This document shows, piece by piece, positions 35,036 to 46,480 of a stretch of 64,000 bases of DNA. Source of the stretch: Lingula anatina. Lineage: Eukaryota; Animalia; Brachiopoda. Positions within the stretch are counted from its first letter, which is position 1; every line of letters begins with the position of its first letter. The translations under genes were made by a program, and so were the position numbers. The stretch spans positions 18,290,001 through 18,354,000 of the forward strand of contig CM120642.1 in assembly GCA_051362555.1 (NCBI GenBank), given 5' to 3'. The notes under the pieces were generated by a model. That model was not told the origin of the DNA. It did not search any database and was given only the letters and a program-made list of their open reading frames with translations.

Positions 35036-38000
35036 CAAGGCAGCAAAGCTGTCAAATGTACAGACAAAAAGCAGAAAATAACAATGCACAAAATAGGCTA
35101 CTGTCAATTCTGATGCAAAAGTACATTATGCTTAACTGCAAATTCAACATCAAATTTTAATTATGCTCAACAGGTAATACCAATGTAAGTAAAATGTGTA
35201 ACAAGCATAAGGCTTCAGGCCAATGGGAGTTCAAGTTCACACTTTGAAAATGCCAGAATGAGAAAAATGAGAATTTCACACAAAATTGCATAAATTCAAT
35301 AATAAATGATAACCCAATTGAGCTGGCTTTCTAATTTGAACTGCATGCCAATCCTAAAAATCATACTTGAAAGTTAAAAATAATTAAAAGTAACACAGTT
35401 CTCTTTTCATAATGTTTGTAGTAGCAGTGCAATAAGATTTTTGTCAATTTTGATGTAACATTACATAATAAATTACAGAATAATTATCACCAATTTTTGA
35501 TTATTGACTATAAATAGCATGGACATGTAGAAAATTTGACTACCATTCGGCTTCATGTCCATGGGAGCTCTGAGTCCCATAATGAATATGCCAAAACGAT
35601 AATAATGAATATTTCACTAAAATGTATAACTTCCAGAAAAAGAAGCCAATTAGAACATTCAGAAAACGTGACTAGCAAAGGTCTGCAGGCTCATGGAACT
35701 TCAAAGTTACACCTTGAAAATGCCAATATGTGAAAAATTAAATTTTCACAAAAAACTGTTTAACTGCCAGAAAAAATTACCAAACCGACTGCACTGCATA
35801 CTGAAGCTGTATTTCAGCCCCATGTTTCTTTCCTGTAAGTTTGAAAACAGTAAGTGACATGGTTTTTCTTAAATGGTAAACATGAGAGCAGTGCCCAAAA
35901 TAGGGGTTTCTTCAAATTTTGATGCAATATAACATAATGTTTAACAGCATAATGACCATCAATTTTTAATAATGGAATATTAATCACATGATCATTCAGA
36001 AAACGTGATTAGCAAAGGTCTGCAGGCTCATGGAACTTCAAAGTCACACCTTGAAAATGCCAATATGTGAAAAATTAAATTTTCACAAAAAACCGTTTAA
36101 CTGCCAGAAAAAATTACCAAACAGACTGCACTGCCTACTGAAGCTGTATTTTGGCCCCATGTTTCTTTCCTGTAAGTTTGAAAACAGTAAGTGACATGGT
36201 TTTTCTTAAATGGTCATCATGAGAGCAGTGCCCAAAATAGGGGTTTCTTCAAATTTTGATGCAATATAACATAATGTTTAACAGCATAATGACCATCAAT
36301 TTTTAATAATGGAATATTAATCACATGATCATTCAGAAAACGTGATTAGCAAAGGTCTGCAGGCTCATGGAACTTCAAAGTCACACCTTGAAAATGCCAA
36401 TATGTGAAAAATCAAATTTTCACAAAAAACCGTTTAACTGCCAGAAAAAATTACCAAACAGACTGCACTGCCTACTGAAGCTGTATTTTGGCCCCATGTT
36501 TCTTTCCTGTAAGTTTGAAAACAGTAAGTGACATGGTTTTTCTTAAATGGTCATCATGGGAGCAGTGCCCAAAATAGGGGTTTCTTCAAATTTTGATGCA
36601 ATATTACATAATGTTTAACAGCATAATGACCATCAATTTTTAATAATAGAATATTAGTAACATGAACATTCAGAAAACGTGACTAGCAAAGGTCTGCAGG
36701 CTCATGGAACTTCAAAGTCACACCTTGAAAATGCCAATATGTGAAAAATTAAATTTTCACAAAAAACTGTTTAACTGCCAGAAAAAATTACCAAACAGAC
36801 TGCACTGCATACTGAAGCTGCATTTTAGCCCCATGTTTCTTTCCTGTAAGTTTGAAAACAGTAAGTGACATGGTTTTTCTTAAATGGTCATCATGGGAGC
36901 AGTGCCCAAAATAGGGGTTTCTTCAAATTTTGATGCAATATTACATAATGTTTAACAGCATTATGACCATCAATTTTTAATCATAAAATATTAGTATAAT
37001 GGATATTCAGAAAATGTGACTAGCAAAGGTCTGCAGGCTCATGGAACTTCAAAGTCACATCTTAAAAATGCCAAAATGTAAACAAGACAGCACTGTTCTG
37101 AAATGGGTTTATTTCCATTTTTAACACTTTTTTAACATAAAACAAAATAAACAGTTTGTTGCCATTTTTATATGACCAACTAAGAAAATTAATGAAATGG
37201 GAAAAATATCAATAGAACAGTGTTAAATGTCCAATTTCCTCCATTCTGAAATTCTGAACATAGTGGATGATTGAATCTGACAAACTGCAATGATATGGGT
37301 TTATTTCCATTTTTGACACTTTATTACACAATACACGATATTTTAGTTTACCATCATTTTTACATAATCAATTAACAATGTTGTAAAAATGCAGGAAATA
37401 TCAAACAAACACTTTTACTTATCTTATTATTTAAATAATGAGACTGTTAACATGCCTAAGAATTGAATCTGAGGAAATGTGAAAAAACAGCATAACTTCT
37501 AAAATAAGGGCCCGATTATGCTGATTTTCGAACTCAACCTGCATTTTAGTTAGTTTGACTACTCCTGTGAGTATAATGACAATTGGCCTATCTGTTTTTC
37601 TTATATTGTGTTATCAGTGTTGCATATATGCTGAAAAAAGTGAAAAAACAGCATAAATTCCCTTAAAATGACCCAATCATGCTGATTTTCGAACTTCACC
37701 TGCGTATTATGAATATTCATCAGTTCTTTAAGTTTCAAGCCAAAAGGTAAAATGGTTTTCCACTTATCGTGTTATCGGGGTTGCATATATGCTGAAAAAA
37801 GTGAAAAAACAGCATAAGTTCCCTAAAAATGACCCCATCATGCTGATTTTTGAACTTGACCTGAGTATTATGAATATTCATCAGTTCTGTAAGTTTCAAT
37901 CCAAAAGGTAAAATGGTTTTCCACTTATCGTGTTATCGGTGCTGTATATATGCTGAAAAAAGTGAAAAAACAGCATAAATTCCCTAAAAATGACCCAATC

Positions 38001-38159
38001 ATGCTGATTTTCGAACTTGACCTGCGTATTATGAATATTCATCAGTTCTGTAAGTTTCAAGCCAAAAGGTAAAACTATTTTCCACTTATCGTGTTATCGG
38101 TAAAAGTGCACGCCAACGGCAACGGCGACGACAGACGCAGGTGACGGCTATATGTACAG
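35036..38159 (-). mobile_element. Second HINE of the same family, reverse orientation, 5' hairpin truncated
   Basis: Reverse complement of the ends of 27464-31369 (caaggcagcaaagctgtcaaatgtacagac...gacagacgcaggtgacggctatatgtaca). Absent from unit 2 (~59320), where ~115 bp of flank missing from unit 1 is retained. Confidence 0.85.
35658..37080. repeat. 337-bp tandem repeat, ~4.2 copies, inside the second HINE
   Basis: ttcagaaaacgtga..agcaaaggtctgcaggctcatgg recurs at 35658, 35995, 36332, 36669 and 37006. Confidence 0.92.
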
Positions 38160-41100
38160 GAACTTTTTATGTGGTCATGTTAAAGTTTGAGATTTTCAAT
38201 ATTGTAAATAGCCTTCATTTTAAATGATAATAATTATGTTTGTTTTAATTAGTAAGCCATTGTTTGGCACAATATGTGGATGATGATAGCAGGGTTTTTA
38301 TCCTGGTCATTCCACAAAAAAAAAAAAAGTTACTCTCTGAGTTGCATCCAAGATGCATACATTTTGTGTGATATTTGAATAACTGTTTGATATCACTTTT
38401 TGATTAACTGTTGATTTCTTTCCACATTGAAGGGTATTGCACTATGACTAGTATAAAACAATGTAATTAAGGTGGTAGGACAGAATTATGCAGATGTAAC
38501 ACAAAATGAGAGCATCACTGATGTAACACAGAGAGTGGCTGTTCTTGTGGAATGACCCTTGGCATTAGTTCAGATGTAGGCTCACTTCTGAGTCCTTTCA
38601 CAGAAATCTTAAGGTATCACATGTTAAATATTGGAAATTATCTGCGAACAGCAGAAGCACGCTAATTGGTTAGTGTTCTTAGAACACCAGGATCTTTTTA
38701 AAGAAGATGAATGTTTATTATTCTGTATAGTCACTTTTCATTAACCCAGTACTTTTTCTGTTCTATTATTTCTAACCTAGTTTATCTAACATTTCATTTT
38801 TTCCCGTTTCCTGATAGGTCTTGAAAGGCTGTGGCTTTTTTAATCTCCGCTATCAGCATACTGCACGCAAGGCATTTTACGCCCTGTGGTCTACATGTTG
38901 CTTATTACTCTTATCAGAATCACAGCTAGTTTTTTTGTTTGTTGTTGTGGCACTTTAAGTAGCAGCATGATAAATGTTTTGTATGAACAATTATAAGTGC
39001 TTGTGTATTTTTATTCCAATTAATTTTCCTCGGTTTTGCAAATTGTAGCAAAAAATTAGTACATAAATAAAGATAACTAATAATAATAATAATAATAAAA
39101 ATCATCAATATCTTTTAAAAAACAGGTGATGCCATGTAAAAATGCCTATAACTGATAATGTTTTGTTATTTATTTATATGAATTTAACCATAAGATGATT
39201 CATTTACTTTTATTTAGTAATTTTGTTTTAATTGTTTCCAGGGCCATGACACAGCAGCTCCCCCTAGTGGCCCGCCAATGATGTTCAACCCAGCGTCGTT
39301 TGGTGCTCAGCCCTCTTCAGTGCCGGCTGCAGGGCCAGGACGAGGACCAAAGTATGGCCAGAGGAGGCAGTATCCTCACTGAGGACTGAACTGTGTCCTC
39401 ACTGAGGACTGAAGAATATCAAATGAGAAAGTTGAACTTAATTGCAGATGAAAGATTTCTGGAAAATTCAATAATCTGGAAATTGGGGTGGTGTATTTAG
39501 GCCCACTGACCTCCATATAGAACTGCGCGCCAATCAGCCCTTGTATTTTCTGGGTTGTGTCATAAGGTCCGCTTTCATCTCTGCTCAGTGGAGTCCAGAA
39601 CATAAACAGAATGGTTGTGCAAGTGAGGAACAGTGCCCACTATATGACACTGCAGGAAATTAGACAGGATTTTGGATAATCTTAAGATGGAAATGTGGTC
39701 ATTCATAAGACAGGCAGCACTAAGGCAAGAGATGGAAAGCAAAGTGACATTCCAGGATTTCAGTGAAAAGTTTCTGTTAGATAAAGGGAAGAAAGGGAGG
39801 GAGAAAAAGGCTAAGCTGAGGAAAGATGATTACTCTATGTAAGCTGTTGGAGGTGAACTGAAATCATTATGCTGGTTTTGTGAACCATTTGGCTCAAGTC
39901 AGAAGTAAATATACAGGCAGTACATGACTGCACAGACAGTGTAGAATATATTTAGTGGAATGATGAAAGAACCAGGCAGAAATGTACATGAAAGAGAGAT
40001 TGAAAATTTGCAAAAAGATCAACTAATAGCTAAACAAAACGGGGTCCATGGGCCAATTGACAGATGCGGGATTGAAAAGTTTTGGAACATTTTGGGTTTC
40101 TCAGGATGTAACTGTAATGTTGCACAACAGGGAATACAGCCCTAAGTTAAAACCAAAAGAAAAACCATGGTTGCATTGTGAATATGTAATAAAAAGAAAG
40201 GCACCAATATATGGTAGATTTAAATGTTGTTATGCCATGACATACAGATTATTACATAGAAAAGAAAAACCAGAATGCACAGGGAGGCAAGAGATGGATA
40301 GCTAAGTTATGAGTTAAGTGAACTTACGTTGTAGTGTGTTCTGATTGTAGCAAGTAAATAAATAGGTTGTGTTGCATAGGATTTATCCATGAGGAGGTCA
40401 CACAAATGACACTCTGACTATTGGCATCAAAATTGATTTTTTTTTTTTTTGTACTGCAGCCATGGGTAGTAATGCAAGAGTATGCATCAAAATTGGTCAA
40501 GTTTAGAAGTAGCCAGGGCGGTTGTTATACAACAGTTGGTGCTTACATGAATATTTATATGAATGCTAATAAATAAATTAAGAAAAGAGGACATGCAAAA
40601 TATTAAGTTTAAAGGATAATAGTGAAATGTATGTGCATTGCTGGAAGATAAACTGCATACATTTGCTATATGACATATACATATTATATGAACCTGCATG
40701 TACAAATAACTATGTTTATGTACAGATTATTTCGTATATCTCAATTGTACATAGTTTACTTGGTATTAATATTGTGATGATAACATTTGAGTTTATTTTC
40801 AGCTAGCATGCCTTAATCAATATACCAGTATAGGATTTCACTATGACAAAGTCTCATTACACATACTAATTGATCTTTATTGCTTTATATATATATATTG
40901 CACAGATTTGGGCAAAACAGATTGCAAGGCATCTGTTAGTGCAATTATAGGTTGGATGAACATTGATAGAGATGATGCTGTGTAAAACAATTAAATGATC
41001 TTTTTTGACATTAAAATAGTGTCAAGAACATATATTTAGAGGATAATGTATGCAGAGGTTTGCAATATATGAAAAGTCTTATTCCTAATATATATAAAGA

Positions 41101-41425
41101 ACTAATATTAGTGGGTAGGCTTATGGGATCTTTGCATCAAGTTAAGGGAATATGATTTTTGGTCAGCCACCAGATTTTAATGGACTGATTTCAAAGCTTT
41201 TAATTACAGAAGATGAAGGGTAAAGCACAAGAACCAAAATATAATAGGCGGAAGTAATAAGTGATTTCATATTTAATGTAAGATTTTAATTTACTGATTT
41301 GAATGTCATCAAATAATCTTAATGGCTCATTAGAATATTCAGCTGCAGAGTTGTAAATGTCGTTTGCCAATATATCTTTGATGAAAACATTGTCAGAAAA
41401 CCTGTAATACTTCAGATCTATGTAA

Positions 41426-41431
41426 AATAAA
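41426..41431 (+). terminator. Putative SEC16 polyadenylation signal
   Basis: AATAAA about 2 kb after the SEC16 stop, followed by GT-rich ttgtcgtgtcgttttgttatggttgtcgtg. The matching sites at ~721 and ~62429 are plain A-runs. Confidence 0.45.
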
Positions 41432-42595
41432 AGGTGCATGCCGATTGGTCACAATTGTCGTGTCGTTTTGTTATGGTTGTCGTGATTGGTCAAATGTTAA
41501 AATGTTTATATGTTGATGCTCGCGTGCAATGGTTAACTTTTAAAGATGGACACGGAAGAAGGAACTAGAAGTCCTGACAGTAGATTTAATGTGTTTGAAA
41601 TTGTATCTAATTATTTATATAGTATAGTATTGAATTTATTACGACGTTAGCGTGAATAACGCCAGCAACGCTGGTATTCTACACTAAATAGAACGACTCC
41701 AATGGAAATGTATGATGCGTTTACTTTAATTGTCAGTTGAATGGTATACGTTGTTGAGTGATTTGTGAATTATTTACTTGAAAATTATTAAAGGTTGAAA
41801 GAGGTCGCCACTTTTTTTCATGAAGCTCGGAAAGTAGTTTTGTTGTAGACGTTATGCATTACGATAAACCTACATCCAAAAGAAATTATATGGATTATTA
41901 TCGTTATAAGTACCAATGTTATTCAAGCTCAATTGGCCCATGCTCTCGCTGTTAATAACGGAGGGGATGATATTGTGGCAAATCGATTGATTGATTAAAC
42001 GGATCCTATTGTTGCACTTTTGTTGATTTATGATATATGATATTCTGAGTAATAAATTGTCACATCATCGAAATGGCGTTTAGTTTTATGTATCAAGTTT
42101 GGTACATATTTTCTGTTATTATAATTAACAATTCTGTTAAAGAATTGTTCCAGTTTGACTATTCGCTATCCCCTGCCCATCTGAGACCATTGAATTCTAC
42201 CGGTGTCATGTGCAAGGTCCGGTGTAACGTGACTGATAGTCCCCTCCCCTATGATAGAGAGTCCGCTTCCCATTCATTTATACAGGCAACCCTCGCCCTA
42301 GATTTTGACCCGCTTAAGTCAGGCTAAACCTAACCTTTGTAACTAAAAGGAGGGGGGACTTTCTGTTACACAGGCCGTCAGTTTCGTTACACCGGTTTCC
42401 ATGGATTTAGAAAGCCCCGCCCTAGGTTATACCCCACTCGACTCACTCTAACCCGTATGAATCAAATTTAGGACATCCTCTGTTAAAGAATTGGCCCATC
42501 AGTTTCTTAACGTAACATAAATATATGCCTTCCATTGTTTTCCAAAATGAGTTTTGGGCCTCTGTGCATGTCGACCATCTAATACTAGTCATTCT

Positions 42596-42638
<43 letters not shown>

Positions 42639-43259
42639 GACAATGACGGTGTTACTGAAAAGTTGGCTGATCGGGTAGAAGATACCTCGTGTTATCTTTT
42701 TCCTAAATGTAGGTACACACGATCCAAGTCATAGACCACTGATTTGATTATTGTTGTTGTTAGGCAATTATCTTCAACGAGTTTGTTGACATCCGGAGAT
42801 CCAGGGCAGTGCAATTTTATGTGTACCAAAAATAAATAAATTAATAAATGAAACAACTGGATGATTCTACAAATTAGACGTAAATATTTCAAGGTATATC
42901 CTCTAAAAGCCGACGACCTTGAGAAGAATCAGCATGTTTTTTTATGATGATCCTTCAAATATCCTGCGTTCGTCCTTAAGTAGTTCACCTAAAGTGTATG
43001 TGCATGTGATGAATTTGACAGCGGCTTATCATCTTATCCTGACGTTGCGCCACGTACGTGACAACGAGACCCTTTCAGATGGGCTCAAGCTTGACCTCTG
43101 CATGGCGAACGAGATATGTCAGTCACAGTGAATTGAAAACTGTTTAATAAATTACTCCTGTAATCCGCTTTACGGGGTTGTATCCTGCAAAGGAGTGCAG
43201 AACCGTAGGAGATTAAGGAGAGAAAGTGCCACCACAGGTGTTGCCTTCTATTGCCAAAG

Positions 43260-46200
43260 ATGTATCAGCGTGCCTTCTGGCTTCCGTTGTTCCTTGCAGT
43301 CCTCTTAGTCTCTGAAAGCACAGGTAATTTTTTTATATAAATTAATAATATTTTATATTTTGATACACCGTAAAGTGGATCGTTATTAATCCCCGTCTTT
43401 AAAATAAACAAACAAATCAATAAAACTGAAGCGTCAACGTAAAGGTACAACTTGGTATTAACACCTATAGCTCATGGCAAATAAGCAACGTGACTTTTTT
43501 AGTTCCAAGTCAATCTCCTGACACAAACAAATGCCGATTTTAATGGGTTTTGACTGAGAACTGCAATTTCAGAAATCTAACCTAAGTGCCTTCTTGTTAA
43601 CGCTAATGATGATAAACTGTCACACAGAAAAAAGTAATACTTCTTCGTTCCAGAACCATATAAACAAATTCAATTTGAAACATTGGTTTTGAACCTTTGA
43701 CTCGGGCATATCTTGAAATAGCTTGAGTGAAAAAGCTTCCAAAGTATTGAATCCGTACTTTTAGACAAACCTTTTACTTAGGCATTAACCTAAACATTAA
43801 CCTGTTTGCACTAGTGTTCCATCCTCAGAAAAGTGAACATTGAAGTCACATATTTTGGGTCCTATTTGCATAATTTTGGCATGCCCCATTATTGACGTTA
43901 TTTTATACTATGGTTCCCTCAAATGTGGAAAGAAATCAATAGTAATTTAAAATGATATCAAACACATATGCAGATTATAAACAAAACGTGTGTCACTAAA
44001 TGGGGCTGTGCATTAGCGGCCTGAATACCTACTCATCATTATCTACATATACAATCATCAGCGGCAACACTAGCAGCAATAACAGTGCCATTTTAAAACT
44101 GAAACGTATAATATTTGGGGAAAAATCCTGACAAAAAGTAAACGTTTCATTACAGCCGTCCTTAAGGGGCTCTGGTCGTTCAATCAAGCCACATACACGC
44201 CAGGAAACTCATTCAGCGATAAGTCAACGCAGAATAATAAAGCAATCATCAATTCGGGATCTACGGCAACATTTGGTTCTGGATCTGGAACAGGGATAAA
44301 ATTATCATCCGGTGCCTATATCTCCGTGTCCAACACTGATGGGGCATTCGGTAGCATGTTTGGAAGCTTTGCTGTGGTAATGGCGATAAAACCAACGGCG
44401 CTGCAGCCGGCTACTCTGTTTGAGTTCGACGGTGGTTTTGGACCCGGATACGGATCCAAAATAGAAATGGTTGCAGATCCGGCAGGATCTCTGAAAATCT
44501 ACGCCCCGCCGCCTATCTATGGTGATATCAATGCAAGGACTGTGCAAGGGGTTATGAAACGTCACAGCTGGAACTATCTTACCATTTCATATGATCACCT
44601 CTCAGGATCACTGAAGATTTACAGCGGGTCCGATTTAGTCAGAGACTATCAACTACCAGTGTCTTCAACATTTAATACAAATGGGTTTCGAGTAGGAAAA
44701 GGATTCTCGGCGTCCTCAACGTTTACAGGCCAAGTGGCGTGCGTGCAGGTGCACGACCAACCCATTACGACCAGTTCCAGCCTTCAAAACATGTGGAAAC
44801 TCTGTGGATATGAAGGTAAGTCATATTTATTTTGCTTGAAATACCCCCTTACCATTTTTGGAATGGTTTACTTGTGATAAAGGCGATGAACCCGTCTCCT
44901 TCTTTCTTGATATTCCTTAATGCATTATGTATAAAATTGATTTCATTGATATTTTTATATATTTTTAAAAAATGTTTTTTAAAATACCTCACCAAAGGTA
45001 TATTATATTTAAATGTATTTTTATATTTTAGTCCCTTCGGTTCGGGATTCTCGACCTGCAGGTAAGACCATTTTAAGAATTCTTGACTTGTGTCAAAGTC
45101 TCACTCCTCGGTTGTGCAATTATTTTCTGTGTATTATGTTCTTCAACTCAAATGTGCAAATTTAATGTCGCCATGCAAAAAAAATGCTATATCATGACAG
45201 TGACCGGTATTTTTATTATAATAAACATTTTGCATAGATTTCATCATAGAATCTTTTATCGAAAGGTTGCCTTACGCCCATAGACCTCACCTTTGCTCTG
45301 GACGGTTCGTCTAGCATGAAGGACGAACTTTTCATCAGCCAACTGGACTTCGTGCAAAACTTGGTCGCTACGTTCGCTGTCGGGCAGTCTAAAGGTACCG
45401 CTTCGATCTTTTTTTTTATTTATTTTTTATTTATTTTTTTTTATTTTTTTTATTTTTGCTGTCTTACTTTACGTTAGTAATCATACCTACATACATATTT
45501 TATGTCTTAATTGTCGCCAAAGTTTTTTTCAGTAATTGCGTTGACAATGACCTGTGTAAAAAGTAGAAAAGATATTACCATTATCCTCTACTGGTATATC
45601 TGTTATGGAATGCTTAATCATCACACCTGTTTGCAAGTTGTTGCTTGTTTCCATCTCGGGCTATCTAAAGTTAGGACACACCACTGGGCTGATATTATTA
45701 TCAGTGGCGGATCCAGCATTTTTGAAAGAGGGAGGGGGAGGGTCCGGTTTTTTTAAGGATTGACAGGCCTCGGATTGCAAGACCGACCTTCACCCCCTTG
45801 GCGTCAGGTTCCGGACACGCTCGAAGAGCCGAAAAAATGGTCTTTGGAAGGGAAGGGGCGCCATTTGGTACGGTTTAGAACTATGATTCAGCAAAGACAT
45901 TGTTTGAAGCCTTTTTTATCTGAAATCGAAGGAGGGAGAGGGTCAGGACCCCCCTGACACCCCCTTAATCCGCCAGTGTATTATCATAACATTGCATTTT
46001 TTATTATTTTAGATCACGTTGGATTTGTAAGCTACGGCACAAAAATTGGCACATCTGTGGGTCTTAACAAGTTCAAAACAACGGCGGAGGTACTTGAAGG
46101 TCTCGGAAAAATAACCCCTCCTAAAGGGTTGACTAACACCTATCTGGCGATAGAAGATTTGATCAAGACACTGAATAATGGTAAGTTGTGCATGTTATAT

Positions 46201-46443
46201 TACTTACACATTCGCCCTCCTGTTCGCTCGCATGCATGCACACAAACAGATACACACACACACACTCACACTACACATATAGTAAAATGGATGTGCAAAA
46301 AAATTAACCCGCAAACTAGAATTAGATATATTTTCGAAAACTTTTAATGTTGAAGCTTTTGTATCTTCGTTCTAAGACAAAAAAAATGTACACTTTCTTA
46401 AATCACCCTTGTATTGTGACAGAGCCCTTAGTTTAATAATAAA

Positions 46444-46480
<37 letters not shown>

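Larger units (their letters stand above)
24230..39382 (+). pseudogene. SEC16: 5'-truncated SEC16 3' fragment, 9 exons: 24230-24326, 24576-24652, 24956-25052, 25417-25533, 25900-26028, 26254-26408, 26624-26674, 32813-32872, 39242-39382
   Basis: Sec16 C-terminal motifs WLSGIFRWPKGKNEMKLPDDSNPS|IVWDPVKNRWVN, ARNQYVDVMNP, FYNPGQF, LSRSSSMSSLSREV, MMFNPASF...YGQRRQYPH*. No upstream exons or start codon in the unit. Has a +4 indel in exon 1 and a -1 indel in exon 2 relative to the unit 2 copy. Confidence 0.88.
1..40704 (+). repeat. Tandem segmental duplication, unit 1 (TE-rich copy; boundaries are offsets from the window start, not the true breakpoint)
   Basis: The sequence at position 1 (aataactgtttatgtacagattatttcg...) recurs at 40705 and 61708. 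Gene and intron content is collinear with 40705-61707 apart from insertions and deletions. Confidence 0.97.

Noticed and set aside
27464-38159. One 10.7-kb foldback transposon that captured a SEC16 exon
   Set aside because: The intervening 31370-35035 is collinear host sequence in unit 2, and each arm has its own empty site and its own HINE ends, so these are two separate insertions.
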